A DNA stretch of 64,000 nt from SAR202 cluster bacterium (lineage in GTDB: Bacteria > Chloroflexota > Dehalococcoidia > Lucifugimonadales > Australimonadaceae), in the NCBI GenBank assembly GCA_016872415.1, contig VGZX01000006.1, positions 3,298 through 67,297 on the forward strand, given 5' to 3'. A model generated the notes under the pieces. That model ran no database searches and was not told the DNA's origin. It saw only the letters and a list, made by a program, of their open reading frames with translations. The translations under genes were made by a program, and so were the position numbers. Of this stretch, positions 12,072 to 20,393 are shown in pieces (within the stretch, counting starts at the first letter, position 1; every line of letters starts with the position of its first letter).

Positions 12072-12983
12072 ATGGCGACCATCACAACCGAAACGGAAAT
12101 CGGCACGGCATCCGCGGCGGCGCGGGAGCTGGCCCAGCGCACTTGCGCCTATATCGACTCGCATATCGACGAGCGGCCCAGGCTCGAAGCAATCGGCGCG
12201 GCGGTCGGCGTCAGCCCCTTCCATCTGCAGCGCGTGTTCAAGCGCGTCATGGGCATCACGCCGAGACAATACGCCGACGCCCGCCGCCTCGGCCGCTTCA
12301 AGGAACGCCTGCAAAACGGCGGCGCCGTGGTGGAGGCGCTCTACGAGGCGGGTTACGGCTCGGCCAGCCGGCTCTACGAGCACGCCTCCGCTCAGCTGGG
12401 CATGACCCCCGCCGCCTACCGTCGCGGCGGACTGGGCACCGCCATCGACTTCACCATCGTCGATTGCCCGCTGGGGCGCCTGCTGGTGGCGGCGACGGCG
12501 CGCGGCGTCTGCCAGGTGCTGCTGGGCGATGACGACGACAAGATGGAAGCCTCGCTCCGCAAGGAGTTCTCCTTGGCCGAGATCCGCCGCGTGGACGGCA
12601 ACCTGCACCCGTGGGTCGAGCCCTTGCTCGCCTATCTCGCCGGCCACATGCGCGAGTTGGACGTGCCGCTCGATATCAAGGCCACCGCGTTCCAACGTCG
12701 GGTGTGGGAACACCTTCGCACGATTCCCTACGGCGAGACGCGCAGCTATCTCGACGTCGCGAAGGCCATCGGCCAACCGACCGCGCAGCGGGCGGTGGCG
12801 CAAGCGTGCGCGCACAACCCGGTGGTGCTGGTGGTGCCCTGCCACCGCGTCATCCGCAACAGCGGCGCCATCGGCGGCTACGCCGGCGGCGTGGAGCGCA
12901 AGCGCAAGCTGCTATACGACGAGTGGAAGGCGGTGGACGACGCCTTGCGCGCCGCCGCCGGCATGGTACCCGCGGCGGGTTAG
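12072..12983 (+). CDS. AraC-type HTH fused to methylated-DNA-[protein]-cysteine S-methyltransferase (Ada/Ogt-like)
   Basis: AraC HTH region (SPFHLQRVFKRVMGITPRQY) followed by an MGMT domain with the PCHRV active site. There is no N-terminal Zn (methylphosphotriester) domain. Confidence 0.85.
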   Translation: MATITTETEIGTASAAARELAQRTCAYIDSHIDERPRLEAIGAAVGVSPFHLQRVFKRVMGITPRQYADARRLGRFKERLQNGGAVVEALYEAGYGSASRLYEHASAQLGMTPAAYRRGGLGTAIDFTIVDCPLGRLLVAATARGVCQVLLGDDDDKMEASLRKEFSLAEIRRVDGNLHPWVEPLLAYLAGHMRELDVPLDIKATAFQRRVWEHLRTIPYGETRSYLDVAKAIGQPTAQRAVAQACAHNPVVLVVPCHRVIRNSGAIGGYAGGVERKRKLLYDEWKAVDDALRAAAGMVPAAG

Positions 12984-13021
12984 CCCGCCTGGATCAACGC
13001 TCCGACGACTAGGTGGCAACG

Positions 13022-14332
13022 ATGACGCAGCGGCCGGTCCGGCAGCCGTTCGGCCTGCCCTTTTATTTCGGTTGGACGATGGTTGCCACGAGCTTCATGA
13101 CCATGTTCGTGAGCAACGGCATGGCGTTCTGGGGCTTGCAGGTGTTCGTGGGCCCCATGCAGGCCGACACCGGCTGGCCGCGCGCCGAGATCATGGGCGC
13201 GCTCACGCTGCGGTGGATCGTCGGCGGCTTCGGCGGCCTGCTGGCGGGCGGTTTCTTCGACAAGAAGCACGGCCCGCTCCTGGTGATGCTGGCTGGCACG
13301 CTACTTGACGGCGGCTCGATGATGGCCCTGTACTGGGCCGACAGCTCGTTCCAGTTCATGTTGTTGTTCGGCGTGGCGGGCGGCATCGGCAGCATCGGCA
13401 CGGGCAGGCTCGTGTCGTCCGCGCTCGTGCCCAAGTGGTTCGTGGCCAAGCGCGGCATGGCCATGGGCATCGCGGCGGCGGGCAGCGGCGTGTCGGCGCT
13501 GGTGATGAGCCCGCTGGCGAACGCCATCAACGAGGCTGTGGGCTGGCGCGCCGGCTGGGTGTGGATGGGCGCGCTCACGCTGGCGCTGCTGCTGCCGTTC
13601 GTGCCGCTGGTGCGCCGCGCACCCGAGGACATGGGCCTGCTGCCCGACAATGGCGAGGCGCCGAAGCCCCGGCCCGGCAAACGGTCGCGCATGACCGCCG
13701 CGGCCGAGCGCAGTTACACGCTGGGCGAGGCGATGCGCTCGCCGACGATGTGGGTGCTGACCGCGGCGATGAGTGTCGGTCTCTTCTCCATGTCCACCAA
13801 CGCTTCGAGCATGGTGCCCTTCTTCAAGAGCATCGGCTTCTCGGCGCAGATCGCCGCGTGGGGCCTCGCCGTCTACGGCGCCTTCTCGTTCATCTCGCGT
13901 TTCATCTGGGGCGCCGTCGCCGACCGCTTCACCGTGCGGCAGGCGATCGTAATGCAGGCCGTGATGACGTCCGTCGGCATCGGCTTCAACCTCTCGATCC
14001 GCAACGAGCCGATGCTCTTCGCGGTCGCCGCCTTCCATGGGTTGGCGCTCGGCGGCTTCGTCGTGCTTCAGCCGCTCATCTGGCCCGCCTATTTCGGGCG
14101 CAAGCACCTCGGCTCCATCACCGGCGTCACGCAGTTCATCACCACCTTCGTCCTGGCGGCAGGCCCCCTGTACGCGGGCGCGGTGTTCGACGCGACCGGC
14201 ACTTATACCTGGGCCTATCGCACGCTGCTGGGCACCTGGCTGCTCTGCGCGCTGCTCACCTTCGCCGTCAAGCCGATGCGCGACAAGCGCGCCACGCCGG
14301 CGCCGGGCCCGGAAGCCGCCGCCGCGCGGTGA
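13022..14332 (+). CDS. MFS transporter (oxalate/formate antiporter-like)
   Basis: About 12 TM segments with MFS-like loops. ATG 13022 lies just after the GTG at 13013. Confidence 0.85.
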   Translation: MTQRPVRQPFGLPFYFGWTMVATSFMTMFVSNGMAFWGLQVFVGPMQADTGWPRAEIMGALTLRWIVGGFGGLLAGGFFDKKHGPLLVMLAGTLLDGGSMMALYWADSSFQFMLLFGVAGGIGSIGTGRLVSSALVPKWFVAKRGMAMGIAAAGSGVSALVMSPLANAINEAVGWRAGWVWMGALTLALLLPFVPLVRRAPEDMGLLPDNGEAPKPRPGKRSRMTAAAERSYTLGEAMRSPTMWVLTAAMSVGLFSMSTNASSMVPFFKSIGFSAQIAAWGLAVYGAFSFISRFIWGAVADRFTVRQAIVMQAVMTSVGIGFNLSIRNEPMLFAVAAFHGLALGGFVVLQPLIWPAYFGRKHLGSITGVTQFITTFVLAAGPLYAGAVFDATGTYTWAYRTLLGTWLLCALLTFAVKPMRDKRATPAPGPEAAAAR

Positions 14333-14444
14333 CGAGCAGCCGTTGACGTGGCCCCGCCGGAGCCGGTAGGCGCCGCCGTCAGCCCGCATCGTCGCCGCCG
14401 CCGGCGATTCCCACGGTGGCCGCGACGCCGTAGGATAGGGGCCT

Positions 14445-15733
14445 ATGGCAACCTCCGCCGCGACCTCCTCCCGGCGAGCGATACCGCCGCTGGTCAAGCG
14501 CAACACCGCCTACTTTGCCGCCGCCCAGGCGTTGCAGGGCTCCGGCACGCAGATGGTCATCGCCCTCAGTCCGCTCATCGTCGGCGTCCTCACCGACTCT
14601 GTTCTGCTCACGGGCATCGGCGTCAGCATCCTGCAATCAGCCGCCTGCTCGTCTCCTATCCGCTGGGCAAGTTGGCCGACACCTACGGGCGCTGCCCCGC
14701 CATGCTCGTCGGCCTGGCGTGCGGCCTCATCGGCGCGCCGCTCGTGGCCTCGGCCGTGTTGGCCGGATCGTTCCTGCTGTTCGTCGCCAGCATGACCGTG
14801 CTCGGCATGGGCGTCGGCGCGGCGCAGCAGCTGCGCGTCGCCGTCACCGACATGTATCCCGGCAACCGGCGGGCCGAGGGCCTCGGCTACCTGCTGCTCG
14901 GCAGCATGATCGGCGCGCTCACCGGACCGATCATCGTCGGCCTTAGCGAGACGGCGACGCCGAGGCTCGAGGTCAATAACTTGGCGCTGCCATGGCTCAT
15001 CCTGCCGCTGTTCATCGTCTCGTCCATGCTCATCGCCTACTTCGCCCGGCCCGATCCGAAGCAGATGGGCGCCGACCTGGGCAAGTATTGGCCGGGCTAC
15101 GTCGCGCCGAAGCGCCCGCCGCCCGTCGCGCGCAACGTCGTCGCCTACTTCCGCTCGTACCCACGCGTCACCGGGTTCGTGTCCTACGCCTTCGCGCAAG
15201 GCACCATGGCGATGATGATGGCGCAAACGCCGCACGTCCTCAGCCGCCACGGCCACTCGGTCACGCTGGTCAGCTGGGCGGTCGCCATCCACGTCGTCGG
15301 CATGTACGGCCTCAGCATCCCACTGGGACGGCTATGCGACCGCATCGGCCGCACCACGCTCATCCTCGCGGGCCTCGTCATCTTCGGCGCCGGCGCCGTG
15401 CTCGCCGTGCTGACGGACCTTTACTGGCTCATCACCGGCGGCATCTTCGTCGTCGGCATCGGCTGGTCCGCCGTGTTCATCGCGTCGACGGCGCTCATCG
15501 CCGACACCACGCCGCTGCAGGAGCGCGGCCGGGCCATCGGCATCAACGACTCGCTGGGCGCCATCGTCGCCGTGAGCTTGCCGTTCGTCTCCGGAGCCGT
15601 CATCGGCGTCGCGGGGCTCACCACCCTTGGCGTCTTCGGCGCCATCCTCGCCAGCCTCTCGCTGTTCCTGCTGCCGCGCCTTCGCGAACGCAGGCCCGGC
15701 GTGTTCGACGCGGCGCCGACGAGCGCGGGCTGA
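14445..15733 (+). pseudogene. MFS transporter with an apparent single-base frameshift near 14635
   Basis: TM1-2 (MATSAA…GIGVSILQ) are read in frame 0 from ATG 14445. The rest (ISRLLVSYPLGKLADTYGR…) is read in frame 2. GC3 switches frame at ctgcaatcagc. The frame-2 sequence upstream of 14636 is Arg-rich nonsense. Confidence 0.6.
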
Positions 15734-16132
15734 CTAGCGGCCCGCCGGCGCGTGCGCCGTCACGTCGAGGCTGATCTTCGTGTCGTCACCCGGCAGAAAC
15801 GCCGCGCCGATGACGATGCGGGCGGCGGGGTTGGTTTCCATGGGGAAGTGCTTGTACCACACCTGGTTCATCGGCCCAATGTATTCCGGCTTCGTCACGT
15901 AGACACGCACTTTCGTGACGGCGTCGAAGCCGAGACCCTCCTTCTCCAGTAGCAGCCGCAGGTTCTCGAATGCCTGCTCTGCCTGCTTACCGGGGTCGGG
16001 GTCGGTCGTGCGGTCCGGCTTGGCGGGGCGTATGGCCGAATAGTCGATGGTGTCGCCGCGACGGATGCCGTGCGGCACGTTCGGCCCGTGGGGCATGAAA
16101 CCGGCGTAGTTCAGCAGTTGCTTCGCGGCCAT
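15734..16132 (-). CDS. RidA/YjgF-family protein
   Basis: About 130-aa YjgF/UK114-like sequence (…AEQAFENLRLLLEKEGLGFDAVTKVRVYV…). GGGAGG SD lies upstream of ATG 16132. Confidence 0.75.
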   Translation of the reverse strand: MAAKQLLNYAGFMPHGPNVPHGIRRGDTIDYSAIRPAKPDRTTDPDPGKQAEQAFENLRLLLEKEGLGFDAVTKVRVYVTKPEYIGPMNQVWYKHFPMETNPAARIVIGAAFLPGDDTKISLDVTAHAPAGR

Positions 16133-16152
16133 GGTCGCCTCCCAGGGTTGAG

Positions 16153-17088
16153 CTACCACCAATGCACCTCGTCGAGCGCGGCATCGCCCTCGTCTGCCGC
16201 CTGCCACGGCCGCGCCGGCAGGTACTTCCAGCCGCCGTCCGAAAACATGACGACGATGTTGCCTTTGTCCATCCGTTCCGCCAGGCGCAGCGCCGCGCTC
16301 AACGTCGCGCCCGATGATACTCCAGCGAAGATACCCTCCGCCTCCACGACGCGCCGCGCCGTGCGGATCGCCGTCGCGCTCTCCACCAGGAAGCGCCCGT
16401 CGAGCTGCGCCAGGTCCAGCAACGGCGGCACGAAGCCCTCCGCGATGTTGCGGATGCCTTGCAGCCGGTCGCCGAGGCGCGGCTCCACGCCGACGACGCG
16501 CACGTTCGGAAAGCGCTCGCGCAGCCGCTTGCCCACCCCCATGACCGTTCCGCCGGTGCCGATGCCCGCGACGAACACGTCCACCGCGTCCAGGGCGCCG
16601 ACGATCTCGGCGCCGGTGGTCTCGTAGTGAGCGGCCACGTTCTCCGCATTGGTGAACTGGTCCAGTTCGTGGAAGCCCTCATGTTCCGCCATCGCGTGCG
16701 CCGTTTCCACCGCGCCCCGCATGCCGCCCGAGGGCTCGCACCAGCGGAGCTCGGCGCCATGCAAACGCAGCACGTCGGCGATGCTGGGCACGACGCCGTG
16801 CGGCACCACGACGCGCACCGGATGGCCGTGGCGCTTGCCGATCATGGCGAGCGCGATGGCGGTGTTGCCAGTGCTCGCCTCCACGATGGGCTGGCCCGGC
16901 TTCAGGCGCCCTCGCGCGATGGCGGCACGCACCATCGCCAGTACGATGCGGTCTTTCACGCTGCCGCTGGGGTTTTGCCCCTCCAGTTTCGCCCAGATGC
17001 GGATGCCGGGCTTCGGCGCGAACTGCCGCAACTCGACGAGGGGCGTGCCGCCAATGAGGTTGAGTAGGTCGACCGGATGCTGTCGCAT
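16153..17088 (-). CDS. PLP-dependent cysteine synthase (CysM/CysK family), paralog 1
   Basis: LIGGTPLVEL, KLEGQNPSGSVKDR (PLP lysine) and TGNTAIALA blocks. The C-terminus ends …DEVHWW. Confidence 0.85.
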   Translation of the reverse strand: MRQHPVDLLNLIGGTPLVELRQFAPKPGIRIWAKLEGQNPSGSVKDRIVLAMVRAAIARGRLKPGQPIVEASTGNTAIALAMIGKRHGHPVRVVVPHGVVPSIADVLRLHGAELRWCEPSGGMRGAVETAHAMAEHEGFHELDQFTNAENVAAHYETTGAEIVGALDAVDVFVAGIGTGGTVMGVGKRLRERFPNVRVVGVEPRLGDRLQGIRNIAEGFVPPLLDLAQLDGRFLVESATAIRTARRVVEAEGIFAGVSSGATLSAALRLAERMDKGNIVVMFSDGGWKYLPARPWQAADEGDAALDEVHWW

Positions 17089-17175
17089 GCCGCAATGCTA
17101 TACGAACGCGGGCCGTCGCGGGCGGTAGCGGCGTCGGCGCGCCATGGACGGCTGCCCATGAAGCAGCCGAGGACG

Positions 17176-17625
17176 CTACCCGGCCGTCGCCGCCGCCTGC
17201 AGCCGCTTGCCGAACTCGGCGATCATCGATTTGGCCTTCCGCCTCATGATGGGCTGCCCCATGTCACCGATGCGCCCCAGCATCGTGACGTCGGCGTCAA
17301 TGGCAAGGTCGGTCGTGCTCGCGTCCACGGCGATCACTTGCACCGCGATGGTGGCGTCCACGCCGCCGCCGATGCGGGCGTCCTTGGCGTGCGCCTTCAG
17401 CCGCCACGTGCCCGCCGCCGCGTCCCGCAGCACCTCGCCTTTGCCCGCGAACCGGAACGACATGGGGCCGAGCGATACCCTCACCTTGCCCTCGTAATCG
17501 TCACCGCCCAGCGGCTTCACATCCTCGACGCCCGGCACGAACGAAGCGACGCGCGGCACGTCGGCCAGCACGCGGTCGACGGCCTCCTTGGGCGCGCGGA
17601 CAGTGAGGCGTTGGTCGAATTTCAT
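17176..17625 (-). CDS. SRPBCC/CoxG-family protein
   Basis: MKFDQRLTVRAPKEAVDRVLADVPRVASFVPGVE matches the CoxG (carbon monoxide dehydrogenase subunit G-like) pattern. Confidence 0.75.
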   Translation of the reverse strand: MKFDQRLTVRAPKEAVDRVLADVPRVASFVPGVEDVKPLGGDDYEGKVRVSLGPMSFRFAGKGEVLRDAAAGTWRLKAHAKDARIGGGVDATIAVQVIAVDASTTDLAIDADVTMLGRIGDMGQPIMRRKAKSMIAEFGKRLQAAATAG

Positions 17626-17720
17626 GCGCTTTGACTCCCGTGTGGGGTTCGGTTCCGAACGCGAGCGTACACGAGCGGCGACGCCGAGTCCCGCCGGTGG
17701 CGACACACTACCGCGCGCAC

Positions 17721-18581
17721 CTAACGCGGGATCCCGGCGACCTGTTCGAGCGCGCGCCGCGTGAACACCACCGCCATGTCGCGCTTGTAGTCGGCCGAGC
17801 CGCGCGCGTCATCGACGGGGTCCACCAGATCGCCAACAAGTTCCGCCGCCTTGCGGACCGTGGCGGCGTCGGCTTTCCGCCCCTGCAGCGCCTGCTCGAC
17901 GGCCGTCGCGCGCAACGGCACCGGGCCCACCGCACCGAGCGCGACTCGCGCCTCCTGAAAGCGGCCGCGCTCCACCCTGGCGAGGGCCGCGACGCCGACG
18001 GTCGCGTAGTCGTCCTCGGAGCGCGGCAAGAACTTCAGGTACACGCCCTCCAGGTCGTGCGGCTGCGCCGGCACCTGCACCTCGATGAGCAGCTCATCGG
18101 GGCCAATGTCGGTGTCGAAAAAGTCGCGGAACAGATCGCCGACCGGCACCTGACGCTCGCCCGTCGCGGAGAGCAGGCGCACGCGGGCGTTCAGCGCCAG
18201 CAGCGTGGGCAGCGGGTCCTGCGCCGGGTCGCCATGCGCAATGCCGCCGCCCACCGTCGCCATGCTGCGTATGCGGACGGTCGCCACCTGGGCATAAGTG
18301 TCGGCCAGCAGCGGCGCGTGCTCGCGTATCAGCGGCGACGTCTCGATGGCGCGGTGCGTCGCCAGCATGCCAATGTTGATCTCCGGCCCCAGCCGCGCCA
18401 CGTGACTCCAGCCGGGGACCCGGTGCAGGCTGACGATATGGTCGGGCCGCACCAACGACTGCTTCACCATGGTCGTGAGCGCCGTGCCGCCGGCAAGCAC
18501 GCGTGTGCTCCCGCCATGCTCGGCCAGTATCTCCACCGCCTCGTGGATGCTGTCGGGCGCATGCAGCTCGAAGTCGTGCAT
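17721..18581 (-). CDS. xanthine dehydrogenase family FAD-binding (medium, CoxM-like) subunit
   Basis: 286 aa with an FAD_binding_5-type N-terminus (…LAGGTALTTMVKQ…) and a C-terminal CO_deh_flav_C-like region (ADYKRDMA). Confidence 0.85.
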   Translation of the reverse strand: MHDFELHAPDSIHEAVEILAEHGGSTRVLAGGTALTTMVKQSLVRPDHIVSLHRVPGWSHVARLGPEINIGMLATHRAIETSPLIREHAPLLADTYAQVATVRIRSMATVGGGIAHGDPAQDPLPTLLALNARVRLLSATGERQVPVGDLFRDFFDTDIGPDELLIEVQVPAQPHDLEGVYLKFLPRSEDDYATVGVAALARVERGRFQEARVALGAVGPVPLRATAVEQALQGRKADAATVRKAAELVGDLVDPVDDARGSADYKRDMAVVFTRRALEQVAGIPR

Positions 18582-18584
18582 CGG

Positions 18585-19070
18585 CTACGCCTCCCTCGCC
18601 GCGGTGGCCTTCACGATGGCGTCCAATATCTGCGCGTAGCCCGTGCACCGGCACAGGTTGCCCGACATCCAGCGGCGCACCTCGTCCTCGGTCGGCTCGG
18701 GATTGCTGTCAAGCAGCGCCTTCGCCGCGACGAGCTGGCCGGGGGTGCAAGCACCGCATTGAAAGCCACCATGCTCGATGAACGACGCCTGTAGCGGGTG
18801 CAGCTCGCCGTCCCGCGCCATGCCCTCCACCGTCTCCACCGTCGCGCCATCGGCCTTGAAGGCGAGCGTGATGCATGAAGCGGTGAGGTTGCCGTTGACG
18901 ACGACGGTGCACGCGCCGCACACGCCGACACCGCACGCCTCCTTCGTCCCCGTGAGGCCGAGGTCGTAGCGCAGCAAATCGACGAGGGTGCGGTAGACCG
19001 GCACCGCGGCTTCGCGCGGCGTGCCGTTCACCGTCAAGCGGACGTTGACCGATCGTGGCTCCGTGGTCAT
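18585..19070 (-). CDS. (2Fe-2S)-binding small (CoxS-like) subunit
   Basis: Two Cys clusters (CGVGVCGACTV and CGACTPG…CRCTGY). ATG 19070 has GGAG 6 nt upstream; the ORF extends to 19082. Confidence 0.85.
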   Translation of the reverse strand: MTTEPRSVNVRLTVNGTPREAAVPVYRTLVDLLRYDLGLTGTKEACGVGVCGACTVVVNGNLTASCITLAFKADGATVETVEGMARDGELHPLQASFIEHGGFQCGACTPGQLVAAKALLDSNPEPTEDEVRRWMSGNLCRCTGYAQILDAIVKATAAREA

Positions 19071-19262
19071 CCGTGGCTCCATTGCATCTCGCGCGCGTTA
19101 TTTCCATGGGCGCGCGCCTCGCCGAAAATGCCGATGGGACGGTTGATAATCATGTCGTCCGTGTCACTACCGAATCCAAACCTAGCGCCAACCATGCGGA
19201 CGCTGCATTGTAGTACCGTCCGGTCTATCCGCAGCCAGGCCACAACGTCCAGGGTAGGTGCG

Positions 19263-20219
19263 ATGGCAGCCCCGCCGCGAATCAGCGTCATTATCTCCAC
19301 ATATAACGACGCTCGCTACCTACCCCTCGCAGTCGCCAGTGTATTGAGCCAGCACTATCGAGATTTCGAGTTGATCGTCGTCGACGACGGCTTGACCGAT
19401 GAGGCGCCAAGCCTGCTCCAGGGCTTCGCCGGCCGGCTACGGCACGTACGGAGACCGCACGCCGGCGTGACGCCGACATTGAACCACGGCGCCTCCCTCG
19501 CCACTGGCCAGTACCTCTGGTTCTTCGGCGCCGACGACGTGCTGCTCCCGGGCGCGCTGGACAAGGCAGTGGCCCGCATGGGCGCCGACGACCGGGCAGC
19601 CTTCTGCTACGGCCGGGTCGGCTACATCGACAGCGATGGCGCGCCCACGGCGCCGCTGCGTGGATGGCCTTCCGCCAACGCCACCCTCACCGCGTCCGAC
19701 CTCGTCCGCGAGTTCATGCACCAGCGGTTCGTCATTCCATCGGCCTGCCTCATACGCAAGTCGGCCTTCGACGAGGTGCGCGGGTTCGACGAAGCGTTGA
19801 GCTACGGCGAGGACACGGAAATGTTCTTCCGCATGGCGCTGCGCTGGCGGGTGTTGTTCCTAGCCGAGACGTTGGCCCTGCGCCGCAAGCACCCGCGCGC
19901 CATCACCGCCCGAGCCGACATGGCCCGTCAAGAGCAGGCGTGGGCGCGCATTCTGGCGGGCGGGCGCGCCGCGCCCCCCGGCTCGGTGGACGCGCGCTGG
20001 CTGGAGGCCGCCGTGCACTTCGCCATGGCCTACCAGGCGTACAAGACGGGCAACACCGCATCCCGCCGCCACGCCGTCAAGTCGCTGCGCGCCGGCAGCG
20101 CGCGGTTTGGCGCCTCCACCGACGCTTTACGGGCATCGTGGCTCGTGTTCAAGACCTGCCTGCCGTCGTGGGTGCGACGGAACGCTTCCCATTCGCGGCG
20201 CGGCGCCGCCGCGCCGTAG
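19263..20219 (+). CDS. glycosyltransferase family 2
   Basis: ISVIISTYNDARYL…ELIVVDDG is a GT2 signature. Start taken at ATG 19263. Confidence 0.8.
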   Translation: MAAPPRISVIISTYNDARYLPLAVASVLSQHYRDFELIVVDDGLTDEAPSLLQGFAGRLRHVRRPHAGVTPTLNHGASLATGQYLWFFGADDVLLPGALDKAVARMGADDRAAFCYGRVGYIDSDGAPTAPLRGWPSANATLTASDLVREFMHQRFVIPSACLIRKSAFDEVRGFDEALSYGEDTEMFFRMALRWRVLFLAETLALRRKHPRAITARADMARQEQAWARILAGGRAAPPGSVDARWLEAAVHFAMAYQAYKTGNTASRRHAVKSLRAGSARFGASTDALRASWLVFKTCLPSWVRRNASHSRRGAAAP

Positions 20220-20393
20220 CCCGTCCCGCCGGCGGTCCCAAGGCATCCCCTGCCGGCCGATGGGCCGCAGCTGGCGAGGCTTGCCCGTTCACGCATTTCC
20301 ACTATAGTGGCGGTGCGCTCCCTGGCCTGTTGGCGGGCGGCCACGCATCGGCACCCGCTCGCCCGGGCGAGGACGCCTTCACGGGAGGAGCCC

